IMG/VR virus record: IMGVR_UViG_3300003320_000433 | Source of the DNA: an uncultured virus (IMG/VR IMGVR_UViG_3300003320_000433) | Lineage: Duplodnaviria; Heunggongvirae; Uroviricota; Caudoviricetes | Length of the DNA: 20,000 nt | Reading direction: 5' to 3' (one strand) | In this document: piece by piece, positions 1 through 8,430 of the stretch | Position numbering within the stretch: the first letter of the stretch is position 1 | Layout of the letters: each line of letters starts with the position of its first letter | Position numbers and translations under genes: made by a program | Notes under the pieces: model-generated | What the model was told of the DNA's origin: nothing | Database searches by the model: none | Seen by the model: only the letters and a program-made list of their open reading frames with translations

Positions 1-87
1 GAGGCGTACGACCGTGGCCGACAGGACGGCCGCACGGCCGATATCGGGCAGGACCGCGTTGGTGGTCGCCGCAAGGAGATCTCATGA
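1..87 (+). CDS. 3' end of an upstream hypothetical gene (partial)
   Basis: Frame 1 is open from the window edge (EAYDRGRQDG...RKEIS*). Its TGA overlaps the ATG at 84 (ATGA coupling). Confidence 0.55.
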   Translation, partial: EAYDRGRQDGRTADIGQDRVGGRRKEIS

Positions 88-656
88 GGTGCGGAAACTG
101 CAAGGGTGAGCACGACACCGTGGCGCAGGTGCGGACGTGCTTCAACACGGTCGAGGGGCAGCCGTCAGCGAAGCAGATGTCGCTGGCGCAGGCTCTCGGT
201 CGCGAGAAGGTGCGCCTGCCTGAGCATGCCGGCATGAGCGAGGAGGACTACCACCTCTTCATCGCCGGGCTCAACAGGAGCGCGATGGGCAAGTTCCTCG
301 ACAAGATGCTCAAGCAGCCCAACTCGGGCCTGTCGAGGGACGAGCTGTTCGGCAAGCTGGAGAACGGCCGATACGCGCTGAAGAACGAAGAGGATGACGA
401 CATCCGGTTCTATCACGTGTCTGGTACGCGACACAGGATCCTCTGGGAGCTCGTCGGGGCTCCTGGCGACTTCCGTCAGACGCGCATCTACAGGCCTGAG
501 AAGATCCTCAAGCGCATCGCCGACGACCCGGTCGCCGCATTCGCGCTCTTCGGCCTCAACGTCGGAACGTGTGGACGGTGCGGATCACCGCTGACGCAGA
601 AGCACACGCGTGAGCGCGGCATCGGCGACACCTGCTACGCCAAGATGACGGCATGA
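84..656 (+). CDS. DUF6011-like Zn-binding phage protein
   Basis: RBS AAGGAG upstream. N-terminal CxxC..H..C; C-terminal CGRCGSPLT...TRERGIGDTC matches the DUF6011 pattern CxxCgrxLtdxxSxxxGiGpxC. Confidence 0.75.
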   Translation: MRCGNCKGEHDTVAQVRTCFNTVEGQPSAKQMSLAQALGREKVRLPEHAGMSEEDYHLFIAGLNRSAMGKFLDKMLKQPNSGLSRDELFGKLENGRYALKNEEDDDIRFYHVSGTRHRILWELVGAPGDFRQTRIYRPEKILKRIADDPVAAFALFGLNVGTCGRCGSPLTQKHTRERGIGDTCYAKMTA

Positions 657-745
657 CGAGCAACGAGTTCGTACGGTGTGTGCTCTGGGGAATCATCCTG
701 GGGTGTGCAGCTCGCGTGATCGTGGTAGTCGCCCAAAGCCTGTAA
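653..745 (+). CDS. small hydrophobic/membrane peptide (30 aa, MTSNEFVRCVLWGIILGCAARVIVVVAQSL)
   Basis: ATGA overlap with the previous stop; one hydrophobic segment; below the ORF-track cut-off and translated by hand. Confidence 0.5.
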   Translation: MTSNEFVRCVLWGIILGCAARVIVVVAQSL

Positions 746-848
746 ACGGGCGCGTAACGGCTCGGCGCGACCGCGTCGGGCAAAGGTACTCAGGGACGGC
801 CCCGGAGCCGCCTACGACCCCGTAGGATCGCTCCTCGGGCCGTCCCTG
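735..848. repeat. copy A of a dispersed ~90-bp pseudo-dyad element, with a long imperfect hairpin at 791-848
   Basis: Contains CGCGTAACGG (751-760), centre GGGCAAAGGTACT (778-790) and CCTACG-accc-CGTAGG (811-826). CAGGGACGGCCC (791-802) pairs with GGGCCGTCCCTG (837-848). Confidence 0.7.
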
Positions 849-876
849 CGTCTGTCCCTCGGCTCGGAGGCCGACG

Positions 877-1095
877 ATGAGATGGAATCAGGTGCCCGAC
901 GGGGCATCTCTGGCCCTGTCCAAGGAAGCCGCGATGGAGATGCGCGGTGGTGGGCCCAAGACGTTCTTCACCGGAGTCATCTGCGGGGTGGTGTTGACCA
1001 TCGGCCTGCAGAGCTGCGGAACGAGCGACCACAAGACGACGGACAAGCCCAGCGACAAACCGTCCGTCAGCACAACCCACAAGCCCGGCAACTAG
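877..1095 (+). CDS. small membrane-anchored or lipoprotein-like protein
   Basis: RBS GGAGG. Hydrophobic stretch ends in LQSC (lipobox-like), followed by a T/K/P/S-rich tail. Confidence 0.6.
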   Translation: MRWNQVPDGASLALSKEAAMEMRGGGPKTFFTGVICGVVLTIGLQSCGTSDHKTTDKPSDKPSVSTTHKPGN

Positions 1096-1119
1096 CACAA
1101 GAGAGCGAGCAAGCCACAC

Positions 1120-1329
1120 ATGAGCGAGATCGGACTCGTCGGAATCCTGGTCATCCTGGGGCAGCTGGTCCTGGGGATCGGGGCCGGATCTGTGGCCCTG
1201 TGGGTCCAGCGACGGTTCTTCCTCCACGCCGACGAGGACCAGTCGTTCGTCATCCCTGGGACGGTAGCGTTCTTCACCTCCCTGTACTACTTCTGGATGG
1301 TGATCCAAATTGACGCTTTTGCGCAGTGA
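1120..1329 (+). CDS. small two-TM membrane protein
   Basis: 69 aa with two hydrophobic segments; fills the gap before the deaminase gene. Confidence 0.6.
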   Translation: MSEIGLVGILVILGQLVLGIGAGSVALWVQRRFFLHADEDQSFVIPGTVAFFTSLYYFWMVIQIDAFAQ

Positions 1330-1726
1330 TGATGAACGGCGCAAGGTCTGGCTCGGTGTGGCAAGGGCCGTGGCCGAGGGCAGCCACTGCATCAGGTCGA
1401 AGGTCGGAGCGGTCATCGTCGTGAACGACTGCACGACATTCGTCGGATGGAACGATGTGCAAGGAATCGGCATTCCGTGCGATCTCGGTGGCTGTCCTCG
1501 CGGGGCAAAGACCAAGGACGAGCTTCCCAGCGGAGCCCCGTTCACGGGAGACGGCTGGTGCAATTCGATCCATGCAGAGATCATGGCGGCCATGCTGTAC
1601 TTCCGCCGATATCGACGCGTGAATCCCGACGTCATGCTGTACTCAACTCGTGAGCCGTGCGAGATGTGCTGGAAGGAGCTCATCGGACTCGGCTTCATGC
1701 GCGATCAGATCGTCTGGAGCAACTGA
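1310..1726 (+). CDS. dCMP deaminase (cytidine/deoxycytidylate deaminase family)
   Basis: Motifs S.C...KVGAVIV, HAE and PCEMC (Zn-dependent deaminase signature). TTG start. Confidence 0.88.
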   Translation: MTLLRSDDERRKVWLGVARAVAEGSHCIRSKVGAVIVVNDCTTFVGWNDVQGIGIPCDLGGCPRGAKTKDELPSGAPFTGDGWCNSIHAEIMAAMLYFRRYRRVNPDVMLYSTREPCEMCWKELIGLGFMRDQIVWSN

Positions 1727-3612
1727 TGCCGGCACCCAGAGTGCATATCGAGCTGAGCGAGAAGGGTGACCGGATCGTTCTGCGCAGCCCGTTCTTCCCT
1801 GGCGTGAGCGAGATGTGCCAGGAGGTGCCGGGCCACAGCTGGTCCAAGACGAGGCGCTGCTGGAGCTATCCGGTGTCGCTCCAGACATGCCGCCTGCTGC
1901 GCCACGTCTTCACGGACATGCTGGTCGTCGGCAAGCGACTCTCAGCATGGGCTCGCGCAGCCATCGCCGAGGAAGAGGGCATGCGAGCTCTGGGGCAGCT
2001 CAGAGACACCGAGCTGGACCGTCTGCACGAGATCCTGCCCCGGTTGGCCGGTGCCATGGATGCTCGCACATATCAGCGGGTCGGAGCGGCGTTCCTCGCC
2101 AATCAGCCGCAAGGTGGCGTCCTGCTGGCTGACCAGCCGGGGCTCGGGAAGTCGATCCAAACGCTTGGCGGCATCGTTGAGCGCGGGCTTGAGGTCGGCC
2201 TCCACCTGATCGCATGCCCGGCCACGGCCATCAGGATCGTGTGGGAGAAGGAGGTTCGCAAGTGGACCGACTTCCGCGTGTTCCCCGTGGCTGGCAGCGC
2301 AGGGCAGAAGCAGAAGGCGATCGCTGCTGCTCTGGATGCTCCGGAGGACGAGCCCAGGTTCGTCATCATCAATCCGGAGACGACGCGCATCAAGATGGGG
2401 CGCTGGTGTCAGAAGTGCAAGTCGTTCGTCGAGGACTTCGCGACACCGCAGCAGGACATCGACCATCGCGAGGACGGCCACAAGACGCAGCCCAAGCCGT
2501 ACGTGATCCAGTTCCCGGAGTTCTTCGAGCCTACGTGGACGACGATCACAGTGGACGAGTCGCACAGGTTCCTGAGCGGCATCAAGGGTGCACACGCCAA
2601 GACTCAGATGGCCGAGGGCTTGTGTCGGCTGCCGATCGATCCCGACGGCCTCAAGGTGGCGCTCTCGGGCACGCCGATCAAGGGCAACCCGGTCAACTTC
2701 TGGGGTGTCCTCCACTGGCTGGATCCCAAGACCTACTCGTCCAAGTGGACTTGGGCATCTCAGTACTTGGAGGTCCAGGAGACCAGGTTCGGACAGAGCA
2801 TCGGCGGTCTGAACCCGGCTCGTGCGGAGGCTCTGTACCGATCGCTGGACTACGTGATGCTGCGCCGGACCAAGGCTGAGGTCGCAGAGGACCTGCCACC
2901 CAAGCAGTACATCGAGCACTGGTGCGACCCGTCTCCGCAGCAGCAGAAGCAGTACGACGAGATGCGCGAGATGGGCGAGGCCATGTTCGGCGAAGCCCAT
3001 GTGTCCGTCACTGGCGTTCTTGCCGAGCTGACCCGGCTCCGCCAGATCGCAACGGCGTACCAGGGTGCCGATGGCCCGATCATGTCTAAGAGCTGCAAGT
3101 GGACATTCCTCCTTGAGCTGTTGGAGGAACGTGGCCTGGTCGGGGGCAACCGGTACGACAACGGCACCAAGTACGTCATCGCCTCGCAGTTCAGCCGGGT
3201 GATCGACGCCATGGAGATCGAGTTCAAGAAGCTCAAGGTGCCCGTGCTGAAGATCACTGGCAGCGTGACGCCCAAGCAGCGCCTCGCAGCGCAGAACACA
3301 TTCCAGTCCGTTGGCGGGCCACGCATCATGCTCATCAACACGATGGCTGGTGGCGTCGCAATCGACCTGGACCAACACTGCGACGAGCTGTTCTTCATGG
3401 ACGAGACATTCATCCCGGACGACCAGGAGCAGGTTGAGGACCGCATCCACCGGGTGTCGCGCATCCACCGCGTGACAATCCACTATCTCTACGCACGGGG
3501 TAGCATCGACGAAAGCATCGCTCACTCCAATGTCGGCAAGGACGAGATCCAGAAGAAGATCCTCGACGGTCGGCGCGGAGTGAAGTTCGCACTTCGACTT
3601 CTCCAGGAGTAG
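1726..3612 (+). CDS. SNF2-family helicase/translocase with N-terminal HARP-like domain
   Basis: Walker A LADQPGLGKS, Walker B DESH, motif III LSGTPI, YVMLRRTK, motif VI QVEDRIHRV. Start at 1726 via TGATG overlap (track start 1657 is probably too early). Confidence 0.9.
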   Translation: MPAPRVHIELSEKGDRIVLRSPFFPGVSEMCQEVPGHSWSKTRRCWSYPVSLQTCRLLRHVFTDMLVVGKRLSAWARAAIAEEEGMRALGQLRDTELDRLHEILPRLAGAMDARTYQRVGAAFLANQPQGGVLLADQPGLGKSIQTLGGIVERGLEVGLHLIACPATAIRIVWEKEVRKWTDFRVFPVAGSAGQKQKAIAAALDAPEDEPRFVIINPETTRIKMGRWCQKCKSFVEDFATPQQDIDHREDGHKTQPKPYVIQFPEFFEPTWTTITVDESHRFLSGIKGAHAKTQMAEGLCRLPIDPDGLKVALSGTPIKGNPVNFWGVLHWLDPKTYSSKWTWASQYLEVQETRFGQSIGGLNPARAEALYRSLDYVMLRRTKAEVAEDLPPKQYIEHWCDPSPQQQKQYDEMREMGEAMFGEAHVSVTGVLAELTRLRQIATAYQGADGPIMSKSCKWTFLLELLEERGLVGGNRYDNGTKYVIASQFSRVIDAMEIEFKKLKVPVLKITGSVTPKQRLAAQNTFQSVGGPRIMLINTMAGGVAIDLDQHCDELFFMDETFIPDDQEQVEDRIHRVSRIHRVTIHYLYARGSIDESIAHSNVGKDEIQKKILDGRRGVKFALRLLQE

Positions 3613-3614
3613 AT

Positions 3615-3782
3615 ATGGACTGGCTGGAAATTGCTCTGCTGATCGCTGTCGTGATTGTTCCTCCGCTCACTGCGTGGCGCGCATACCGCATGGGCTACCA
3701 GGCAGGAATTCGAGATGATCGAACACGACAGATAATCCGTAAGCGATACTCCAGTCGACCCAGAAACAGCAGAGAATCCTGA
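3615..3782 (+). CDS. small single-TM membrane protein (55 aa, MDWLEIALLIAVVIVPPLTAWRAYRMGYQAG...)
   Basis: RBS AGGAG at 3605-3609; N-terminal TM segment and basic tail; translated by hand. Confidence 0.6.
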   Translation: MDWLEIALLIAVVIVPPLTAWRAYRMGYQAGIRDDRTRQIIRKRYSSRPRNSRES

Positions 3783-3813
3783 TTGCGCGAGCGACCGCCA
3801 TATGAGGTATAGT
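3783..3813 (+). promoter_or_regulatory. putative sigma70/HrdB-type promoter
   Basis: TTGCGC (3783-3788) and TATAGT (3808-3813) lie in a rare AT-richer intergenic gap upstream of a gene with very high GC3. The 19-nt spacer is longer than ideal. Confidence 0.45.
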
Positions 3814-3850
3814 TGCTCGTGCCAAGCCTTCCGATCTGGAGCAGACACCC

Positions 3851-4399
3851 ATGACCGAACAGACCGCCGACCGCTTCGAGAAGCTGGTCGACAAGGACCC
3901 CTCGGACCTGCACGAGCGCTTCGCCGAGTGGCTCGTCGACAAGACCGGCTACGAGGACGTCGACACCAAGACCGTCCAGCTCGCCTGCTCCCTGCGGATC
4001 GAGTTCCAGAAGTCGCCGGAGAACCAGGCGGTGCTCGCCGAGAAGCGAGCGGCGGCGGAGGAGGCGGAAGCCAAGCGTGAGGAGAAGCGCGAGGCCCGCG
4101 AGCAGAAGAAGCGCGAGGAGGCCGAGGCCAAGGCGAAGAAGGCCGCGACCGCCAAGGCCAAGAAGGCCGCTCCGGTGGAGGCCGACGAGGACGAGGCCGA
4201 GGAGCCGCCTGCCAAGCCCGTGAGCCGTCGTCGCCGGGGTTCCGCCGCGAAGGCCGCGCCCGTCGTCGAGGAGGCCGAGGAGGCGGAGGAGCCCCCGGCC
4301 AAGCCGGTCTCCCGTCGCCGTCGTCGTCCGGCCGCCAAGGCCACCGCCGCGAAGGCCGCGCCCGTCGAGGACGACTTCGACGAGGACGACCTCGGCTGA
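3851..4399 (+). CDS. hypothetical protein: small N-terminal domain plus Ala/Lys/Glu/Arg-rich repeat tail (histone-like character)
   Basis: RBS GGAG; strongly biased codons; duplicated motif EAEEPPAKPVSRRRR; acidic C-terminus DDFDEDDLG. Confidence 0.8.
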   Translation: MTEQTADRFEKLVDKDPSDLHERFAEWLVDKTGYEDVDTKTVQLACSLRIEFQKSPENQAVLAEKRAAAEEAEAKREEKREAREQKKREEAEAKAKKAATAKAKKAAPVEADEDEAEEPPAKPVSRRRRGSAAKAAPVVEEAEEAEEPPAKPVSRRRRRPAAKATAAKAAPVEDDFDEDDLG

Positions 4400-4437
4400 T
4401 TCGCCGCGCTGCCGGCAAGCACCAACCGCACAACCCT

Positions 4438-4472
4438 GAGGGGGACCGAGCCACAACCGGCCGGTCCCCCTC
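4438..4472 (+). terminator. GC-rich stem-loop (terminator or mRNA stabiliser)
   Basis: GAGGGGGACCG (4438-4448) pairs perfectly with CGGTCCCCCTC (4462-4472); no U-tract. Confidence 0.6.
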
Positions 4473-4491
4473 GTCATCCCCGGAGAGCACA

Positions 4492-4737
4492 ATGCAGATC
4501 TTCCTCCTGATTCAGGACCCCGAAGGACCGAGAACCAGAGTTCGTGGCGTGTTCACGACGGCCGACAAGGCCAAGAACCACGACAAGGAGCTCAAGGGTG
4601 GATGGAGCACCGGTCCGAGCATGGGCTGGTACGACATCAATCGTGGCAGTCTGACGGGGGCGCACCATATCGTCCGTCCAGCGCATGCCAACGAGGAGCT
4701 GGAGCTGTATGCCCATACAGATGCTGCGAACGTCTGA
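4492..4737 (+). CDS. hypothetical protein (81 aa)
   Basis: RBS GGAG. MQIFLLI...VRGVFTTADKA resembles a common small phage protein pattern. Confidence 0.65.
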   Translation: MQIFLLIQDPEGPRTRVRGVFTTADKAKNHDKELKGGWSTGPSMGWYDINRGSLTGAHHIVRPAHANEELELYAHTDAANV

Positions 4738-5707
4738 GCGCGGAACCTTCAAGGAGTGTCCTCAGAAGTGGCAGTGGTCCACCAATGAGGGGCTGGCAGC
4801 CAAGCGGGACTCGAACCCGCTCTGGTTCGGCCAGGGGATCCACATCGCCCTCGCCGAGTGGTATCAGAAGGGGCGGGAACGGGGACCGCACCCGGCTGAC
4901 ACCTGGGAGGACTTCTGCGCTGACGAGGAGCGCTACATCCCGACGGAGTACGACGAGGATGGAGCGAAGTTCGTCGAGGCCAAGGAGCTCGGCATCGCGA
5001 TGATGGAGGGCTACGTCGACAAGTACGGCGAGGACGAACACTGGGACGTCATCGCCACGGAGCAGACGTTCCGCCTCCTCATCGCCGATCCGCGTATCGA
5101 TCGGCTGCCCAACGGCAAGCGCAAGGCGCTGGTGCGCTATGTCGGCACGTTCGACGGTGTGTACAGGGATCTGGGCACCGGCGAGATCTTCCTCATGGAG
5201 CACAAGACGGCTGCCGGTATCACGACAGCGCATCTGCCGCTCGACGATCAGGCTGGCTCGTACTGGTACGTGGCCACGCGAGTACTCCGCAAGCAGGGCC
5301 TGATCGGGCCACGCGAGGAGATCGCAGGCATCCAGTACAACTTCATGCGCAAGGGTCTGCCGGACGACAGGCCGACCAACGAGCGCGGCGAGGCTCTCAA
5401 CAAGAACGGTTCGGTGTCGAAGAACCAACCGGCTCCGCTGTTCGTACGAGAGGTCGACTGGAAGTCAGAGGCCAACCGTGCGAACATGGAGCGTCGTATC
5501 CAGGCCGAGGCAATGCACATGGAGGCGATGCGCAACGGCACGCTTCCGATCTACAAGCGACCGCAGAGGGATTGCTCCTGGAGATGCGAGTTCTACAAGA
5601 TGTGCATGCTGGACGAGGCAGGCGCAGATGTGGAGGAGTACAAGGAGGCGGTCTACAAGAAGAGGGACCCGTACGGGGACCACCGAGATATGAGGAAGGC
5701 AGCATGA
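4709..5707 (+). CDS. Cas4/RecB-like PD-(D/E)XK exonuclease, probable Fe-S cluster
   Basis: N-terminal FKECPQKW, G..IH..L, FDGVY...LMEHKT nuclease motif and C-terminal DCSWRCEFYKMC (1+3 Cys arrangement). Start MPIQML at 4709. Confidence 0.85.
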   Translation: MPIQMLRTSERGTFKECPQKWQWSTNEGLAAKRDSNPLWFGQGIHIALAEWYQKGRERGPHPADTWEDFCADEERYIPTEYDEDGAKFVEAKELGIAMMEGYVDKYGEDEHWDVIATEQTFRLLIADPRIDRLPNGKRKALVRYVGTFDGVYRDLGTGEIFLMEHKTAAGITTAHLPLDDQAGSYWYVATRVLRKQGLIGPREEIAGIQYNFMRKGLPDDRPTNERGEALNKNGSVSKNQPAPLFVREVDWKSEANRANMERRIQAEAMHMEAMRNGTLPIYKRPQRDCSWRCEFYKMCMLDEAGADVEEYKEAVYKKRDPYGDHRDMRKAA

Positions 5708-5880
5708 GGAGCGTCAAGGACGCTGGTCCCGGCGAGGTCGACCGACTGAGGCGTAGGATCGGACGGGCGCTCGGCGCTCAGGCGATCACAGCCGAGGATC
5801 ACGAGTACATCCGCACCCGACTCGACGAGATCGACCAGCGGATCGCGGACATGGAAGAGGAGGACGATGGCACGGCCTAA
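5704..5880 (+). CDS. small helical hypothetical protein (58 aa)
   Basis: ATGA overlap with the exonuclease stop; overlaps the start of the next gene. Confidence 0.6.
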   Translation: MRSVKDAGPGEVDRLRRRIGRALGAQAITAEDHEYIRTRLDEIDQRIADMEEEDDGTA

Positions 5881-6652
5881 AGCCATCAGGTCTGTAAGGG
5901 GTCAGAAGGCGAAGATCCACATGACCCTTGTCGCGGACGCGGGCTGGGGCAAGACGGTGTTCGGCGGATCGGACGAGGGCGTGCTGTTCCTCACGTGCGA
6001 CCCCGAGGGCACGATCTCGGCAGGAGCCCTCGGCTCAACCGCCCAGGAGTGGCCCATCAAGACGTACAAGGACCTGGACGAGGCGTACCGATGGCTCCGT
6101 GATGAGGGCCACGAAGAGTTCGACTGGGTGTGCGTCGACACCGTCGGCGGAGCCCAGCGGATCTTGCAGCGTTCGGCGCTGGACCTCTCGTACGCTGCCA
6201 ACCCTGGCAAGCGCGACCCCGACGTGCCGTCCATGGACGTGCACCAGAAGGCGCAGATCCAGACCATCAAGTTCATCATGCAGTTCAACGACCTGCCGAT
6301 GAACACGCTCTTCACCGCGCACCCGATGCATCTGGAGGACGGCGAGGGCGAGCCCTACATCCTCCCGTACGTGCACGGCGGTCGTGGCGAAGTCGCCCAG
6401 CAAGCGCTCGGACACATGAACGTGGCCGGGTACGGGGTCATGGCGGAAGACGACAACGGTCGCGAGGTGCGTCGTGTCTACTTCCGCAACACCGGTCCGT
6501 ACCGGGGCAAGGATCGCTTCAACAAGCTTCCTCGCTCTCTCGACAAGCCGACCCTCGCTCAGATCCGCGAGATCATCGAGGCTCCGGCTGCCCGCCCGGT
6601 CCGCAAGACGACGGCCAAGAAGACGGCCGCTCGTCGTACCACCTCTCAGTAA
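5867..6652 (+). CDS. AAA_24/Sak4-like (RecA-like) ATPase, putative single-strand annealing recombinase
   Basis: Walker A ADAGWGKT, D.EG, Walker B WVCVDT, FTAH and C-terminal KDRF; lies between the exonuclease and the SSB-like gene. Confidence 0.8.
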   Translation: MARPKAIRSVRGQKAKIHMTLVADAGWGKTVFGGSDEGVLFLTCDPEGTISAGALGSTAQEWPIKTYKDLDEAYRWLRDEGHEEFDWVCVDTVGGAQRILQRSALDLSYAANPGKRDPDVPSMDVHQKAQIQTIKFIMQFNDLPMNTLFTAHPMHLEDGEGEPYILPYVHGGRGEVAQQALGHMNVAGYGVMAEDDNGREVRRVYFRNTGPYRGKDRFNKLPRSLDKPTLAQIREIIEAPAARPVRKTTAKKTAARRTTSQ

Positions 6653-6667
6653 CCAGGAGCACTGCAT

Positions 6668-7531
6668 ATGCCCAAGATGAAGTTCGGTGTGAGCGACAAG
6701 GTCTCCACCGACTCCGGCTTCACTCCGTACGAGGGACCGCTGCCGAAGCCGGGTGTCATCTACCCGGTCGTGCAGAAGTCGGCCACTGTCCGGCTGACCG
6801 GCGAGAACTCCAAGAACCCCGGCACGGAGTACATCAACTCCATGTGGGAGGTCGAGTCCGGTGAGTGCAAGGGCTTCACGGCCTGGCACCGGCTCATCCC
6901 CGGCGAGCACGAGATCCAGCAGACCCGGATCGCCCAGTACATGCAGGCCGTCTGCGGCAAGAACAGCGGCGACGTCGTGCACGAGTCCGTCGAGGACGGG
7001 GGCAAGATCTCCAAGATCGGCGGTCGCAAGCCCGAGGGCGTCCGTGCCGGCATGACGTTCCAGCGCAAGAAGGACACGCGCAACGCCATCGAGGGCGAGG
7101 AGACGCCCTGGATCGCGGAGTCGGCCGACATCATCCCCGGCTGGAAGCCCAAGTCCAAGGTCGAGGCCGAGGACGAGGAGCCGGAGGAGGACGAGGTCGA
7201 AGACGAGGTCGAAGACGACGAGGACGACGTCGAGGAGCCCGAGGACGACGAGGCGGAAGAGGACGACGAGGACGCGGAGGACGACGAGGACTCCGACGAG
7301 GAGGACGAGGACGAGCCGGAGGACGCCGACGAGGACGAGGAGGAGGGCGTCCCGTACGAGACGGCCGCCAAGATGTCCCTCGTGGAGCTGAAGAAGCTCG
7401 CCAAGCAGTACGAGTACGAGGACTCGGACCTCAACCCTTTCAAGGGTCCCGCTGGTAAGAAGAAGCTCCTCGCCAAGCTCGTCGAGGACGAGATCGTCGT
7501 CCAGGACGGCGACGACGAGCCGCCGTTCTAA
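6668..7531 (+). CDS. single-stranded DNA-binding protein (DUF669-like) with long acidic tract
   Basis: RBS AGGAG; follows the Sak4-like gene; FTPYEG.LP.PG..Y N-terminus; about 60-aa D/E tract; ends DDEPPF, like bacterial SSB tails. Confidence 0.7.
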   Translation: MPKMKFGVSDKVSTDSGFTPYEGPLPKPGVIYPVVQKSATVRLTGENSKNPGTEYINSMWEVESGECKGFTAWHRLIPGEHEIQQTRIAQYMQAVCGKNSGDVVHESVEDGGKISKIGGRKPEGVRAGMTFQRKKDTRNAIEGEETPWIAESADIIPGWKPKSKVEAEDEEPEEDEVEDEVEDDEDDVEEPEDDEAEEDDEDAEDDEDSDEEDEDEPEDADEDEEEGVPYETAAKMSLVELKKLAKQYEYEDSDLNPFKGPAGKKKLLAKLVEDEIVVQDGDDEPPF

Positions 7532-7554
7532 CCGGCGCGCGTCCGCAACACCCT

Positions 7555-7683
7555 GAGAGGCCCCAAGGCGACCCGCTACGGGGCCTCTCGCACGCTTTCA
7601 CCCTGGGGTCGGTCAAAGGGGCCGACCCCGCCCGGAGGAGCCCTTACGCGGGCTCCTACTGATTCCGGTCTGAGTGGACCGGA
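7555..7683. repeat. copy D of the pseudo-dyad element; also folds into four consecutive hairpins upstream of terD
   Basis: Stems: GAGAGGCCCC/GGGGCCTCTC (7555-7589), GGGGTCGG/CCGACCCC (7605-7629), AGGAGCCC/GGGCTCCT (7636-7657), TCCGGTC/GACCGGA (7664-7683). TTACGCGGGCTcCTAC (7644-7659) matches 17030-17045. Confidence 0.7.
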
Positions 7684-7701
7684 GAAGGAGTTGCAGTTCC
7701 C

Positions 7702-8415
7702 ATGGCGGATCTGAGCAAGGGTTACACCACGCAGGTCGTCGATGTCGACTACGCGCAGCTGCAGACCATCACGCCGGACGACGGCTGGAGCCCGCTCGAC
7801 TCGGTCGAGGTCCTGGAGATGGGCCTGGGCTGGGACAAGTCCACGGGCGGCCACGGTGGAGCGCTGGGCTGGCTGAGCCGGAAGGTCGGGTCCGACCTGG
7901 ACGGCGTCGGCACGTTCTACTCCGGACCCAAGCCGGTCAAGTACCTCGGCTGGGACGAACTGGACGCCTTCGCCAACGAGGGCTCTGCGGCCGGTTCGGC
8001 CACGCACACCGGTGACAACCAGACGGGCGAGGGAGCGGGCGACGACGAGACGCTCCGCCTGGAGTTCAAGCGGATCCCGATCCGCATCACGGACATCGTC
8101 CTCAACGCTGCCGCGTTCAAGAAGGGCAGCGACATGAAGCGGGCCAAGAACATCACGGTCACGCTGTACGACTCCACCGGCGGCACCAAGAGCCCCGTGG
8201 CCTGGATCGAGCCGAGCCTGTACAAGCCGAAGAACACCATCGCCGTGGCACACATCCGCCGGAAGCGCGACGCCGAGGGCAAGGTCATCCAGGGTGCGGC
8301 CGGTGGCTGGGAGCTCAAGGTCATCGACACGTCCGTGGACGTCAAGCAGGGCGACCGCGACGACTTCCTCCTGAAGTCCGGCCAGATGGTCGGCATCGCC
8401 GTCTCGGCTGGCTGA
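7702..8415 (+). CDS. terD: TerD-family (tellurium resistance/stress) protein
   Basis: GLGWD, SDLDG and HTGDNQTGEGAGDDE TerD motifs; RBS AAGGAG. Confidence 0.88.
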   Translation: MADLSKGYTTQVVDVDYAQLQTITPDDGWSPLDSVEVLEMGLGWDKSTGGHGGALGWLSRKVGSDLDGVGTFYSGPKPVKYLGWDELDAFANEGSAAGSATHTGDNQTGEGAGDDETLRLEFKRIPIRITDIVLNAAAFKKGSDMKRAKNITVTLYDSTGGTKSPVAWIEPSLYKPKNTIAVAHIRRKRDAEGKVIQGAAGGWELKVIDTSVDVKQGDRDDFLLKSGQMVGIAVSAG

Positions 8416-8430
8416 GCCGAGCCCTGAACA

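Noticed and set aside
1942..3525. Long minus-strand ORFs (e.g. 1942-3525, 3522-4490, 6035-6982, 7576-8610, 11326-12504)
   Set aside because: They are antisense shadows of high-GC + strand genes, with no motifs or RBS and low-complexity translations.
4709..5707. Cas4-like gene as evidence of a CRISPR-Cas system
   Set aside because: No repeat-spacer array or other cas genes were seen; solo Cas4-like nucleases are common in phage recombination modules.
7160..7345. GAG/GAC-rich tandem-like DNA as a non-coding repeat array
   Set aside because: It is fully explained by Asp/Glu codons of the acidic tract.
7532..7701. tRNA or known riboswitch in the hairpin-rich intergenic region
   Set aside because: No cloverleaf, T-loop or recognisable aptamer consensus; a novel structured RNA is not excluded.
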